Of a stretch of 62,427 nt of DNA, positions 13,000 to 25,230 are shown in pieces. A program made the translations under genes and the position numbers. The stretch's first letter is position 1. Every line of letters starts with the position of its first letter. The DNA lies in NCBI RefSeq assembly GCF_001194135.2, contig NC_068995.1, forward strand, positions 12,690,517 through 12,752,943. The letters are read 5' to 3'. The notes below the pieces were generated by a model. The model searched no databases. It worked only from the letters and a program-made list of their open reading frames with translations, and had not been told where the DNA came from. The stretch is from Octopus bimaculoides (lineage: Eukaryota).

Positions 13000-13490
13000 T
13001 CTTATCTGTTATCATGAACGGCAGCCATGATGGGGCTCCGCCTTTAAAGATTTAGCTGAACCAAATTATCCTAATATTTATGTTTTGGCACTTGTTCTAT
13101 CATTGACTTTTGGTGAACCAATGAGTTACGGAACGTAAACAAAGGGACTCTGGTTGTGAAACGGTGGGGTGACAAACATAGACACAAAGACACACACACC
13201 GAGTTGAAGATAGATAGATAGATCGGTAGGTAGGTAGATAGATAGATAGGTAGGTAGGTAGATAGATAGATAGATATTTCGCTCAGGCCGGGCACTCAAC
13301 TATGATTCCAACACAACTTATTGTGGAAACAACTGTAAGCTAATGAAGCTCATAAGATAATCGTTTATTCTTTTGTCATCTCTATATAAGAAAGACGGAG
13401 ATGCTATTGCTAGGATTTGAACCCAGTGAGACGGAACGAATCGTCTCTTAGTCGCAAAACGATTTAGCCAGCTCACTGCCTTATAGCTAT
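13000..13490 (-). mobile_element. Old degenerate SINE A 3' part (13000-13200) and SINE B head (13370-13490)
   Basis: ggcagccatgatggggctccgcc..gttacggaacgtaaac..gacaaacatagacac, and reverse-strand ggcagtgagctggctaaatcg..gttcaaatcc. Confidence 0.55.
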
Positions 13491-13986
13491 GTACACGATA
13501 AACGCGCTGAGAATATAAACGTATAAATACTTTTGTAGTGTAGGATAAATTGAAGGGATAATGTGAGATTGTATGTAGAGTGTGAGGGAGAGGAGGAGAT
13601 AGAAATATAAATAAAGGTGTCAAACATTTGCTGTATATATAAACTCTTTCAATGGGTTTACTGTTCTAAAATTACTAACAATATATATAAAGTCTGTTTT
13701 ATCTACAAATCTGTTTGTTTGTATCTTTGCACTTGCGCAGTGGTGTATCTTGTATTTGGAAACGTATCGACTGTAGTCTTTTCTTCTGATAAAGAATTAC
13801 TTCTGTTATGAAACTTGTTCATAGGCTGGCATTCTATGATATTGAGCCGTTGTTCTTGTTGTTGTCGCTGTTCTTGCTACCAATGCACGGACACACGCGT
13901 AGCACTATACATACACTCGTCACCAGATACATATATGTATGTTTATATGTTTGTATGTGGGTATGTATTTATGCATACATATATAT

Positions 13987-14039
<53 letters not shown>

Positions 14040-14042
14040 TAC

Positions 14043-14098
<56 letters not shown>

Positions 14099-14802
14099 GT
14101 ATATATGTATGTATGTACATACATACGTACAACATACAGAAGTAGCTTGTATGTGGTCGTTCAACCTGGTAGTACTAGCAGACAAGTCTTTCTCAATTTC
14201 AATGTCAGTTCTTAANNNNNNNNNNNNNNNNNNNNNNNNNNNNNNNNNNNNNNNNNNNNNNNNNNNNNNNNNNNNNNNNNNNNNNNNNNNNNNNNNNNNN
14301 NNNNNNNNNNNNNNNNNNNNNNNNNNNNNNNNNNNNNNNNNNNNNNNNNNNNNNNNNNNNNNNNNNNNNNNNNNNNNNNNNNNNNNNNNNNNNNNNNNNN
14401 NNNNNNNNNNNNNNNNNNNNNNNNNNNNNNNNNNNNNNNNNNNNNNNNNNNNNNNNNNNNNNNNNNNNNNNNNNNNNNNNNNNNNNNNNNNNNNNNNNNN
14501 NNNNNNNNNNNNNNNNNNNNNNNNNNNNNNNNNNNNNNNNNNNNNNNNNNNNNNNNNNNNNNNNNNNNNNNNNNNNNNNNNNNNNNNNNNNNNNNNNNNN
14601 NNNNNNNNNNNNNNNNNNNNNNNNNNNNNNNNNNNNNNNNNNNNNNNNNNNNNNNNNNNNNNNNNNNNNNNNNNNNNNNNNNNNNNNNNNNNNNNNNNNN
14701 NNNNNNNNNNNNNNNNNNNNNNNNNNNNNNNNNNNNNNNNNNNNNNNNNNNNNNNNNNNNNNNNNNNNNNNNNNNNNNNNNNNNNNNNNNNNNNNNNNNN
14801 NN

Positions 14803-14839
<37 letters not shown>

Positions 14840-14870
14840 AATGTATGTATTTATATATATATATATATAA

Positions 14871-15735
14871 ACATGATGCGAGGAGTAAATTGTCACCATT
14901 TTATATTTTCAATTTCACGCATGCACATTGTTTTTATTTTGTCGACTACGTAGTATAGTAGGGTCAGTTGGACACAGTTTGTCAGAAAAAAAAACACCTT
15001 CATGACACAATTCACTCAGCCTGAAATTAAGAAATGACATGCTGTACTGCTTGGCATTCGCGCCGGAACCTCCAATATGAACATTTCAGAGAGTTTGAGT
15101 GTCAATCTTAGGACAGTTCATGTATCGAGTGAGATAAAAATCAAACATCCAGTCAACATCATGGTGTTTAGAGTGATCACTAGTGATGGCGACGTTATGC
15201 CTCCATTCATCTTCCCACATGGCCTCAGACTGAACACAGAGGCCTACATCAAGTACCTGGAGGAGGTAGTGTTGCCCTGAGTCAAGAGGGTGGCTGCTGG
15301 AAGACCCTTTGTCTGGCAACAGGACTCTGCACCACACAAGCAGGACAACCCAGACATGGCTGTCAGACGATTTTCTGCAACCACATCACCTCCTAATATT
15401 TGGCCACCTAACTCCCCAGACTGCAACTTGATTATTATGTGTGAGGCGCAGTTGGGCGAGAGAGCAACAAAACTCCTTGTAACACTGAAGATGAAATGAA
15501 GGCAAGGATTATGGCAGCATTCACCAACTTTAAAAAACGAGTAGACCGTCCAGAAGACTTGTAGGAGATTCCAAAGTCGTCTGGAGGCCGTAGTTGAAGC
15601 CAATGGTGATATAATTGAATATATTTACTCTTTAGTATTTCAAAATATTTTAATGTAATTTTATAAATATATCTGTTAAAAGATAATTTTATTTTCGTTT
15701 TTGAATAATTTATACGAGATATTCACCACACCCTA
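14871..15735 (+). mobile_element. Internally deleted Tc1/mariner-superfamily DD37D (maT-like) transposon
   Basis: Reads MTQFTQPEIKK*HAVLLGIRAG..NLRTVH, then KHPVNIMVFRVITSDGDVMPPFIFPHGLRLNTEAYIKYLEEVVLP*VKRVAAGRPFVWQQDSAP..NIWPPNSPDCN..RLEAVVEANGD. Degenerate ends are tgcgaggagtaaattgtcacc and attcaccacaccctaTA. Confidence 0.85.
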
Positions 15736-15744
15736 TATAGATAA

Positions 15745-15745
15745 T

Positions 15746-15806
<61 letters not shown>
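15745..15806. repeat. (GATA)n microsatellite
   Basis: Direct. Confidence 0.95.
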
Positions 15807-16584
15807 TAAACATATACGTCTATACATATGCATACATATTATATATATATATATATCTATATATATGACCGATAAAGGTTTTTTCATACTGAACTACTTG
15901 GCAAAATTGTTAATTATTAATTTTATTACTAATTGACGATTCCCTGCCCTATATCTGTATATATATNNNNNNNNNNNNNNNNNNNNNNNNNNNNNNNNNN
16001 NNNNNNNNNNNNNNNNNNNNNNNNNNNNNNNNNNNNNNNNNNNNNNNNNNNNNNNNNNNNNNNNNNNNNNNNNNNNNNNNNNNNNNNNNNNNNNNNNNNN
16101 NNNNNNNNNNNNNNNNNNNNNNNNNNNNNNNNNNNNNNNNNNNNNNNNNNNNNNNNNNNNNNNNNNNNNNNNNNNNNNNNNNNNNNNNNNNNNNNNNNNN
16201 NNNNNNNNNNNNNNNNNNNNNNNNNNNNNNNNNNNNNNNNNNNNNNNNNNNNNNNNNNNNNNNNNNNNNNNNNNNNNNNNNNNNNNNNNNNNNNNNNNNN
16301 NNNNNNNNNNNNNNNNNNNNNNNNNNNNNNNNNNNNNNNNNNNNNNNNNNNNNNNNNNNNNNNNNNNNNNNNNNNNNNNNNNNNNNNNNNNNNNNNNNNN
16401 NNNNNNNNNNNNNNNNNNNNNNNNNNNNNNNNNNNNNNNNNNNNNNNNNNNNNNNNNNNNNNNNNNNNNNNNNNNNNNNNNNNNNNNNNNNNNTATATAT
16501 ATATACATATATGTCTTCTTTCACGTTTCACAGAAGTAGAAGGCTGTTAGTGTAACGGTATATCATATATATGCAGCATTCTCT

Positions 16585-17125
16585 TCATTCCATCTCATTA
16601 TTGGACGAAGCCGTTGGAATACCGATATTGCATTACCTATCCTGTTCTTGACAACAACTTGTGCATTTACCCTCGATGGAAGTACAGCTTCCCCGATAAG
16701 TAAACTAACTTATCGAATAACTCCAGTTCATCTTGCCCGAGTTTGACAAATTGTGCTTGGGCACCACCAACTGACATGGCTTTGGTCTTTTCAGCGTAAA
16801 TCCTCAGCCTTGCTTTTTACCCTCCAAGTTACCTGTCATGGCCTGCATCGTATATTTAACAGAGCTTAGTAAAGGCAAGTCGTCTGGAAAATCCAAAATC
16901 CGTCAGTCTATCCGATTCCCCACGTTATTCCAAAACCGGCGCTAACCATTGCTTTCCGCATGTTGAAGTCAATCACCATCAGGAACAGAAATGGTGACAA
17001 GATGCAAACCTGTCTCATTCCGGTAACAATTTCGAATATATCGGTGATTGCACTACTTGTTTTCATGCAACACGGTGAGTTACTTATACAGAGAGTTAAA
17101 CACACCGAAAAGCCGGAAGAAATGC
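16585..17125 (-). mobile_element. RTE-clade LINE reverse transcriptase fragment (frameshifted)
   Basis: Minus strand reads FEIVTGMRQVCILSPFLFLMVIDFNMRKAM (TGVRQG motif), LTDLDFPDDLPLLS (FADD motif), GLRIYAEKTKAM and RIGNAISVFQRLRPI. Confidence 0.85.
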
Positions 17126-17159
17126 CGCGAAACATGTTATCCGAAGCGGTAACGATTAA

Positions 17160-17388
17160 ATAAAATATTTTACGGGTGCTTTTTTTATCGACCCTGGAAG
17201 GATGGAAGGTAAACTTGACCTCGGTAGCATGTCAAATCCTGCCTCACACTAAATCTCCCTGAGAACTATGTTAAGTGTACATGTGTTTGTGGAGTACTCA
17301 GCCATTTGTATGATAATTTCACGAGCAGGGTGTTCCGTTGACCGGATCAACTGAAACCCTTGTCGTCGTAACCGCCGAAGAGCCAGTT
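17160..17388. mobile_element. SINE B fragment (minus) followed by SINE C tail type C2 (plus)
   Basis: tttatcgaccctggaaggatgg; then gagaactatgttaag..gtactcagcc..gttccgttgaccggatcaac..gtcgtcgtaacc, shared with 26330-26462 and 59115-59290. Confidence 0.7.
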
Positions 17389-17966
17389 TTTTTGTTATTT
17401 TTATTTATTATTATTTTTTTTTTTTACTTTTACAACCACGTGATATAGGATTCACTTGCACTGTATATCTCTTGGACAAGTATTTTCTACCGTTGTCTAG
17501 TATTCACTAATATTTTGTGAGTGAAATTTCCACGATGGAAACTGGAAATATTGGTTTCTATTTCTAGCAATTGGAGTGACCACGTTAAAGTATATATAGC
17601 GGGTGCTATTAAATCTGTTGATGCTGTTGTTGTTGTCGTTGTTATGTAGGCTCAAGTACGTCCTGATTGCGCAGGCTTATGATCAAAGCCGCTCTATTTA
17701 AGACTTTCTTGTCTTCTTAGAGGTGCGTAATGACTGCGTTACGTAAAGTGACATTTCCTTACCACTCATTTTACTTTTGTATACCATGCTCTGCGTGTCC
17801 TTTCTTAAACGTGATAAGGTGTGAATTAAAGAGCATTAAGTTGTCATTTCTAGCAGGCCGAAGGACCACAGAGGCACCCTCGGGAGCTTGTCTAAGTATA
17901 TTGTCATCATTGTCATTGTCGTAGTCGTGGTCGCTGTTATTATTATTGTTGTTCGTTGTAGTAATG

Positions 17967-18009
<43 letters not shown>

Positions 18010-18740
18010 CACACACACACACACAGATATATATATGTGCGTGCGCCGTGTGTGTGTGGAGGGAAAGATAGAGAAGTGTCTATGTATGAGAGAGCGTATT
18101 TAGCCTGAGGTCAACTATGAACAAGTAGATCTTACGATCAAAGGCGCTCCAGCTGTGACCATATTGTGCTTTTATTTTCAAACAATGNNNNNNNNNNNNN
18201 NNNNNNNNNNNNNNNNNNNNNNNNNNNNNNNNNNNNNNNNNNNNNNNNNNNNNNNNNNNNNNNNNNNNNNNNNNNNNNNNNNNNNNNNNNNNNNNNNNNN
18301 NNNNNNNNNNNNNNNNNNNNNNNNNNNNNNNNNNNNNNNNNNNNNNNNNNNNNNNNNNNNNNNNNNNNNNNNNNNNNNNNNNNNNNNNNNNNNNNNNNNN
18401 NNNNNNNNNNNNNNNNNNNNNNNNNNNNNNNNNNNNNNNNNNNNNNNNNNNNNNNNNNNNNNNNNNNNNNNNNNNNNNNNNNNNNNNNNNNNNNNNNNNN
18501 NNNNNNNNNNNNNNNNNNNNNNNNNNNNNNNNNNNNNNNNNNNNNNNNNNNNNNNNNNNNNNNNNNNNNNNNNNNNNNNNNNNNNNNNNNNNNNNNNNNN
18601 NNNNNNNNNNNNNNNNNNNNNNNNNNNNNNNNNNNNNNNNNNNNNNNNNNNNNNNNNNNNNNNNNNNNNNNNNNNNNNNNNNNNNNNNNNNNNNNNNNNN
18701 NNNNNNNNNNNNNNNNNNNNNNNNNNNNNNNNNNNNNNNN

Positions 18741-19095
18741 GACATGGTTCTGGGTTCATTCCCACTGCGTGGCACCTTGGGCAAGTGTCTTCTACTATAG
18801 TCTCGGGACGACCAAAGCCTTGTGAGTGGATCTAGTAGACAGAAAACTGAAAGAAGCCCGTCGTGTGTGTGTGTGTGTGTATGTTTGTGTCTGTGTTTGT
18901 CCCCCCAGCATCGCTTGACAACCGATGCTGGTGTGTTTACCTCCCCGTAATTTAGCGGTTCGGCAAAAGAAACCGATAGAATAAGTACTAGGCTTCCAAA
19001 GAATAAGTCCTGGGGTCGATTTGCTCGACTAAAGGCGGTGCTCCAGGATGGCCACAGTCAAATGACTGAAACAAGTAAAAAGTAAAAGAGAGAGC
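18741..19095 (+). mobile_element. SINE group A, near full length (extreme 5' end in gap)
   Basis: tRNA-like head ggttcattcccactgcgtggcaccttgggcaagtg, internal (GT)n, aagtcctggggtcgatttgctcgact, and tail ggcggtgctccaggatggccacagtcaaatgactgaaac(aaaagt)n. Confidence 0.9.
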
Positions 19096-19299
19096 GGTGG
19101 AAGATGTATTAATCCCGAGTGGTAATATTTACCCCCACTTAAACATGGATTTTTTTTTTTTTTTTAGAACAAGCTATACAGCGGTAGATGCCATGAGAGA
19201 AACTGTCATGTTGGCTCGTGGTGCAATAGGCACTCTTGTTTATATCGGTAGCAGGCAGATATATCCCAGTCACTTCCAGCGCCGCGACTACCAATTACG

Positions 19300-19712
19300 T
19301 GATTTCGACCGTCCAGACGCTGCCGTCATGCTTTTTAGAGTCGGGTACTTATTTTATCGGACTCTTACGACGAAGCGCTAATATATGGGAACGTAAACAC
19401 ACCAACACCGTTTGTCAAGTGCACATACACATACACATACACACACACACATACACGCACGCACACAAGCGCATACGCACACACATGCACGTATATACAT
19501 GATGGGAGCTTCTTTTAGTTTCCCTAAACCAAATCCACTCACAAGGCTTTTATCAGCTCAAGGCTTTTATCAGCTCAAGGCTTTTATCAGCTCAAGGCTT
19601 TTATCAGCTCAAGGCTATAGTAGAAAACATCTGCACCAGGTGTCACGCAGTGGGCCTGAACCCAGAACTACGTGGTTAGGAAGCAAACTTCTTACCACCA
19701 CACAGCCACGCT
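19300..19712 (-). mobile_element. SINE group A copy containing a 17-bp tandem expansion
   Basis: Reverse match to the group A head and body; aaggcttttatcagctc x4 at 19543-19610. Confidence 0.8.
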
Positions 19713-19814
19713 CCTTTCTTTTATGTTATTAAAACCGTTAAAACCGTATTTTGGAATCAATTCCTGGGAGCTTCTTATTCCTTGCTTTCTTGAAGACTAA
19801 ACCAAACAGTAAAG

Positions 19815-20110
19815 TAAGGCAGCGAGACGGTAGAATTGTTAGGAAGCCGGAAAAATTGCCCAGGGACATTTCGCCCGTCTTAACGTTATCAGTTCTAATT
19901 CCTCCGTAGTCGATCTTGCCAAAATAAGTACCAGTTGAGCACTGGCGTCGATGTAATTAACTCGTCCCTTTCTGCCAAAATTTGAAACCAATATGGTGGT
20001 CAATTGGCTGTAAAACTAGAAAATTGGTTAAGATGCTTCAAGGAAATTGTTCAGGCATCCCCTGCTCTGAGTTCAAATCCAGTCAATGATGTTACCTCCC
20101 CCACACACAC
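19815..20110 (+). mobile_element. Two degenerate SINE group B copies
   Basis: ggcagcgagacggtagaattgttag..ttctaattcctccgtagtcgat..ataagtaccagttgagcactggcgtcgatgtaat, plus a second head ..ctgagttcaaatcc. Confidence 0.65.
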
Positions 20111-20417
20111 CGCCGTTCGTGGATCCATGCAGTGAAATGCCATCTTCATAGTGAGGTTGTCGGAATTTTTTAGAACGTCTTGCAAACCTGTTTGTCTTAC
20201 TCCAACATGACGCTGGGAAAGATGAGCGATGGTTTAGCTGGCCGAAACTTCGAAGTCAATCTCAAAAATGTTCTTGTTTAAGAATAATAAAGTATAGATT
20301 AACCCATCAGATTAATGTAAGTTTGATTTTACTATAACTGAACATAAGAGCAAACAGTAATAATTAATAAACACAAAAACACACAGACAAATTTGTGTAG
20401 TTGTGTGTGTGTGTGTA

Positions 20418-20459
<42 letters not shown>

Positions 20460-20460
20460 T

Positions 20461-20785
20461 GTAATTTAGCAGTTCGGCAAAAGACACCGATAGAACAAGT
20501 ACTAGACTTTGAAAAAAAATACTAAATAAATCCTGGGGTCGATTTGTTCGACTAACACTCTTCAAGGCCGCAGTCAAATGCTTGAACTAATTAAAAGAAT
20601 AAAAGAATATACACATACATACATATATATATACGACGGGTTCCCAGACACTTTCCAACTCACATGGCAATTGTCAGCCCAGGTATAGCAGAAGATATCT
20701 GCTCAAGATGTCATGCAGTAAGACTGAACCCGAAACCATGAGGCTGCAAAGCAAGTTTCTTAACCACAGGCCCATACCCGCACTT
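20461..20785. mobile_element. SINE A tail (plus, 20461-20610) and SINE A head (minus, 20635-20785)
   Basis: ttagcagttcggcaaaagacaccgatagaacaagtac..ctggggtcgatttgttcgact; then gactgaacccgaaaccatg..cttaaccacag. Confidence 0.75.
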
Positions 20786-21583
20786 TTTTCTTCTTTCTTT
20801 CTTTCTTTCTTTCTTTCTTGAGGCGTATTTGATAACCTCGTCCTCGTCCTCGACACGCTATCTCAAAGGAAGATGGTACAAGAAAGAAAAAAAAATAATA
20901 AAAACGGGATGGTCACAGCTGGAAAGTCTCTGACCTGAGGTCAACTTAATCAAGGTTGACCTAGGCGTAACCAAGACACCAACAACGATGATTAATTTCC
21001 TCGTTCGTTTCTTCATTATTCGGCGGGGTCTTCCCTATCTTCCAAGTCAGACAGTGCTAATTCGTTAGCACCTCCTTCTAACACATTCGTATAACTCCCT
21101 GCGCAACCGGGGTGGAAAGGCACAAGAAAAGGAAAGCAACCAGACGGCTGCTGACTTCTTCTTAACATCAAGACAAGAAAACGGGATAAATATAAAAATG
21201 AAAGACAAAACAACGTCGAGAACCCGTCTGTAATCTTCTTGTCTTTGCATTAAACTACTCCTTAATGTTCTTTCTTATAACTAAGTATCATTTAATTAGA
21301 AAGTCTGTTGGTCTGTCAGTCTGTCGGTCTATACCTTCTGTTAAGTTACCCAACTGCTTTCACAATCTCATTACCATTCAAACTACTCATCTTGTCTTTT
21401 ATCTCATTCTTTACTGGTCCCTCATCTTCTCTCCGTCTGTTTTTTTTCTTCTTTTTTTCTCTTGGGTCTGTCTTGCTATCTGTCAGTCACTCTGTTTCAG
21501 TCTCTCTTTCTCCTCTCTTTCTGAACCTTTCTCCTTTTCTTTCCTCCCCCTGTATGTATGTATGTATGTATGTATGTATGTAT

Positions 21584-21627
<44 letters not shown>

Positions 21628-22179
21628 NNNNNNNNNNNNNNNNNNNNNNNNTATACACACACACACAGGGTGTGTATGACTGTGTATAGAAGAATATATT
21701 ACTCAATAAAATTCCAACTTTTCACGTTTTATTTACAATCTTATACTAGTATAATATAATATAATATAATATAATATAATATAATGAAATGATAGAATAT
21801 TAAATGTCCATTCTGATTGAACTATTACTTTCAGGCATTAAACTATGCAATCTTCAGGTTTATATAGTAGTGGTGACAGTTATGCTTTACAATTTACAAC
21901 TATAGTGAGATGGCTAAACTATGTACCTTAAATACATTTGTATAGGCTCCAGAATGTCAATTTTTGCGAACTGTGTTTTGACCAATCAGTGTGTGGCTTT
22001 ACTAAATCACTTAAGTTGATTGGTGTTTGGTTTAGGCGTCACAGTTTGTTGAAAATGTTAAGAGACCTGTATTTTGACCCTGGCCAAAGCAATAATTGTT
22101 GGGCTATTTTTAGAAATGTCATACACATTTCCCAGGGATTTTTATATTTCAATTATCGTCTTCACCATTATTATCTCAT

Positions 22180-22438
22180 ATATATGCTTCCAATTTATTT
22201 AGGGCCAATGCTTATGGATGCGCTCATAAAAACTCCTATACTTCTTGTTGGCTACCGATTGTTAATCTGATCTAGTCGATGTGATCATACAGACATTGGT
22301 CACGATTGGAATGTCTTTGATCATAAGACTGCTATATTATGGCTGAGCGGTGGCTAAACTACGACAACATGGCGCTTCTTACATAGGAGTATTTCATTTT
22401 TAACTCCTGAATTATACTCATACTCTTCAAATCAACAT

Positions 22439-22512
<74 letters not shown>

Positions 22513-23131
22513 NNNNNNNNNNNNNNNNNNNNNNNNNNNNNNNNNNNNNNNNNNNNNNNNNNNNNNNNNNNNNNNNNNNNNNNNNNNNNNNNNNNNNNNN
22601 NNNNNNNNNNNNNNNNNNNNNNNNNNNNNNNNNNNNNNNNNNNNNNNNNNNNNNNNNNNNNNNNNNNNNNNNNNNNNNNNNNNNNNNNNNNNNNNNNNNN
22701 NNNNNNNNNNNNNNNNNNNNNNNNNNNNNNNNNNNNNNNNNNNNNNNNNNNNNNNNNNNNNNNNNNNNNNNNNNNNNNNNNNNNNNNNNNNNNNNNNNNN
22801 NNNNNNNNNNNNNNNNNNNNNNNNNNNNNNNNNNNNNNNNNNNNNNNNNNNNNNNNNNNNNNNNNNNNNNNNNNNNNNNNNNNNNNNNNNNNNNNNNNNN
22901 NNNNNNNNNNNNNNNNNNNNNNNNNNNNNNNNNNNNNNNNNNNNNCTGAGGTCGATTTGCTCGGCTAAAGGCGGTGCTCCAGCATTGCCGCAGTCAAATG
23001 ACTGAAACAAGTAAAAGAGTAAAAGAGTAAAGAGAGTATTCACTCAGTCACCCACTATACTTTCTTACTCACCTCACTCATTCAATCACTCACTCATTCA
23101 ATCACTCACTCATTCTCTCACTCAATTACCT
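22180..23131 (+). repeat. Local duplication copy 1 (paralog of 31830-32250) with a SINE A insertion
   Basis: agggccaatg..ctcctatacttcttgttg..agacattgg..ggtggctaaactacgacaacatg..ataggagtatttcatttttaactcctgaatt, and after the SINE tattcactcagtcac..ttacctt, are colinear with 31851-32250. Confidence 0.85.
22947..23036 (+). mobile_element. SINE group A 3' tail (rest in gap)
   Basis: gtcgatttgctcggctaaaggcggtgctccagcattgccgcagtcaaatgactgaaac(aaaagagt)n. Confidence 0.9.
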
Positions 23132-23268
23132 TATGTGAATAAGAATAAGGACAAGGTAAAATTACTACCTGCATTTAAAAGCAAGTTGATGCAGGTAGTT
23201 TATCCCGTTCCTCCCCGACTTTTAGTTCATGCAATTGAAAAAACCGCATTATTTATGGGATGACCCAG
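23131..23268 (-). mobile_element. Mariner 5' end fragment (same family as 52351-52957)
   Basis: The reverse complement ctgggtcatcccataaataatgcggttttttcaattgcatgaactaaaagtcgg matches 52351-52410; TA lies immediately outside at 23269-23270. Confidence 0.8.
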
Positions 23269-23453
23269 TACATGCACGCATCATACATATAGATAAATAT
23301 AATTGATGCAACTGAAAGCAGATGTGAACTTTTATGTATCCATACATACATATTTACATACATAGATACAGACATATATTAAATATATCTATATAAATAT
23401 ATATATAGACATACATACACACACAGACATATATATAAACATGCATATATTTG

Positions 23454-23492
<39 letters not shown>

Positions 23493-23554
23493 AGAGAGAT
23501 AGATAGATAGATATATATATAGATAGATACATACATACATACATACATACATAC

Positions 23555-23671
<117 letters not shown>

Positions 23672-24039
23672 TATTAATTTATATTTATTTACTTATGTGT
23701 CATATGTGTGTGTATATGTGTAGTTATGTGTGCCTGTGTGTGTATCCGTGTGTATACTAGATTAAGGTAATATATTCATATCTATTTTGTATGATATATA
23801 TTCAAGATTCCTCCATACCGCTCTATTTCTTTCCCACAGACATTGCTGTCATAGCTTTAATTAATTTTTAATTATTTATTGAGAACTTTCGGTGAAAAAT
23901 ATCTCGCTTTCAGATGGGTTTATAAGTGTACAGTGAAGCACAGATGTATCTCTTATCTACACATATCACCCTCTCTCTTTCTCTCTCTTTCTCTCTCTAT
24001 CACTCTCTCTCGCTCGATCGCTCTTTCACTCGATCACTT

Positions 24040-24077
<38 letters not shown>

Positions 24078-24174
24078 ACACACGCGTGAACACACAGATA
24101 CATATTTGCATATCTAAGACTTAAGGATATATATACGTATGTGTGTGTGTGTAAAAATATTTTCATATGTATCG

Positions 24175-24237
<63 letters not shown>

Positions 24238-25195
24238 NNNNNNNNNNNNNNNNNNNNNNNNNNNNNNNNNNNNNNNNNNNNNNNNNNNNNNNNNNNNNNN
24301 NNNNNNNNNNNNNNNNNNNNNNNNNNNNNNNNNNNNNNNNNNNNNNNNNNNNNNNNNNNNNNNNNNNNNNNNNNNNNNNNNNNNNNNNNNNNNNNNNNNN
24401 NNNNNNNNNNNNNNNNNNNNNNNNNNNNNNNNNNNNNNNNNNNNNNNNNNNNNNNNNNNNNNNNNNNNNNNNNNNNNNNNNNNNNNNNNNNNNNNNNNNN
24501 NNNNNNNNNNNNNNNNNNNNNNNNNNNNNNNNNNNNNNNNNNNNNNNNNNNNNNNNNNNNNNNNNNNNNNNNNNNNNNNNNNNNNNNNNNNNNNNNNNNN
24601 NNNNNNNNNNNNNNNNNNNNNNNNNNNNNNNNNNNNNNNNNNNNNNNNNNNNNNNNNNNNNNNNNNNNNNNNNNNNNNNNNNNNNNNNNNNNNNNNNNNN
24701 NNNNNNNNNNNNNNNNNNNNNNNNNNNNNNNNNNNNNNNNNNNNNNNNNNNNNNNNNNNNNNNNNNNNNNNNNNNNNNNNNNNNNNNNNNNNNNNNNNNN
24801 NNNNNNNNNNNNNNNNNNNNNNNNNNNNNNNNNNNNNNNNNNNNNNNNNNNNNNNNNNNNNNNNNNNNNNNNNNNNNNNNNNNNNNNNNNNNNNNNNNNN
24901 NNNNNNNNNNNNNNNNNNNNNNNNNNNNNNNNNNNNNNNNNNNNNNNNNNNNNNNNNNNNNNNNNNNNNNNNNNNNNNNNNNNNNNNNNNNNNNNNNNNN
25001 NNNNNNNNNNNNNNNNNNNNNNNNNNNNNNNNNNNNNNNNNNNNNNNNNNNNNNNNNNNNNNNNNNNNNNNNNNNNNNNNNNNNNNNNNNNNNNNNNNNN
25101 NNNNNNNNNNNNNNNNNNNNNNNNNNNNNNNNNNNNNNNNNNNNNNNNNNNNNNNNNNNNNNNNNNNNNNNNNNNNNNNNNNNNNNNNNNNNNNN

Positions 25196-25230
<35 letters not shown>

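Noticed and set aside
21938-22270. 110-aa ORF and an accaatca..tgattggt hairpin (miRNA-like or inverted CCAAT boxes)
   Set aside because: No recognisable domain, the ORF runs into duplicated repeat-tail sequence, and the hairpin has a large asymmetric loop and matches no miRNA I recognise.
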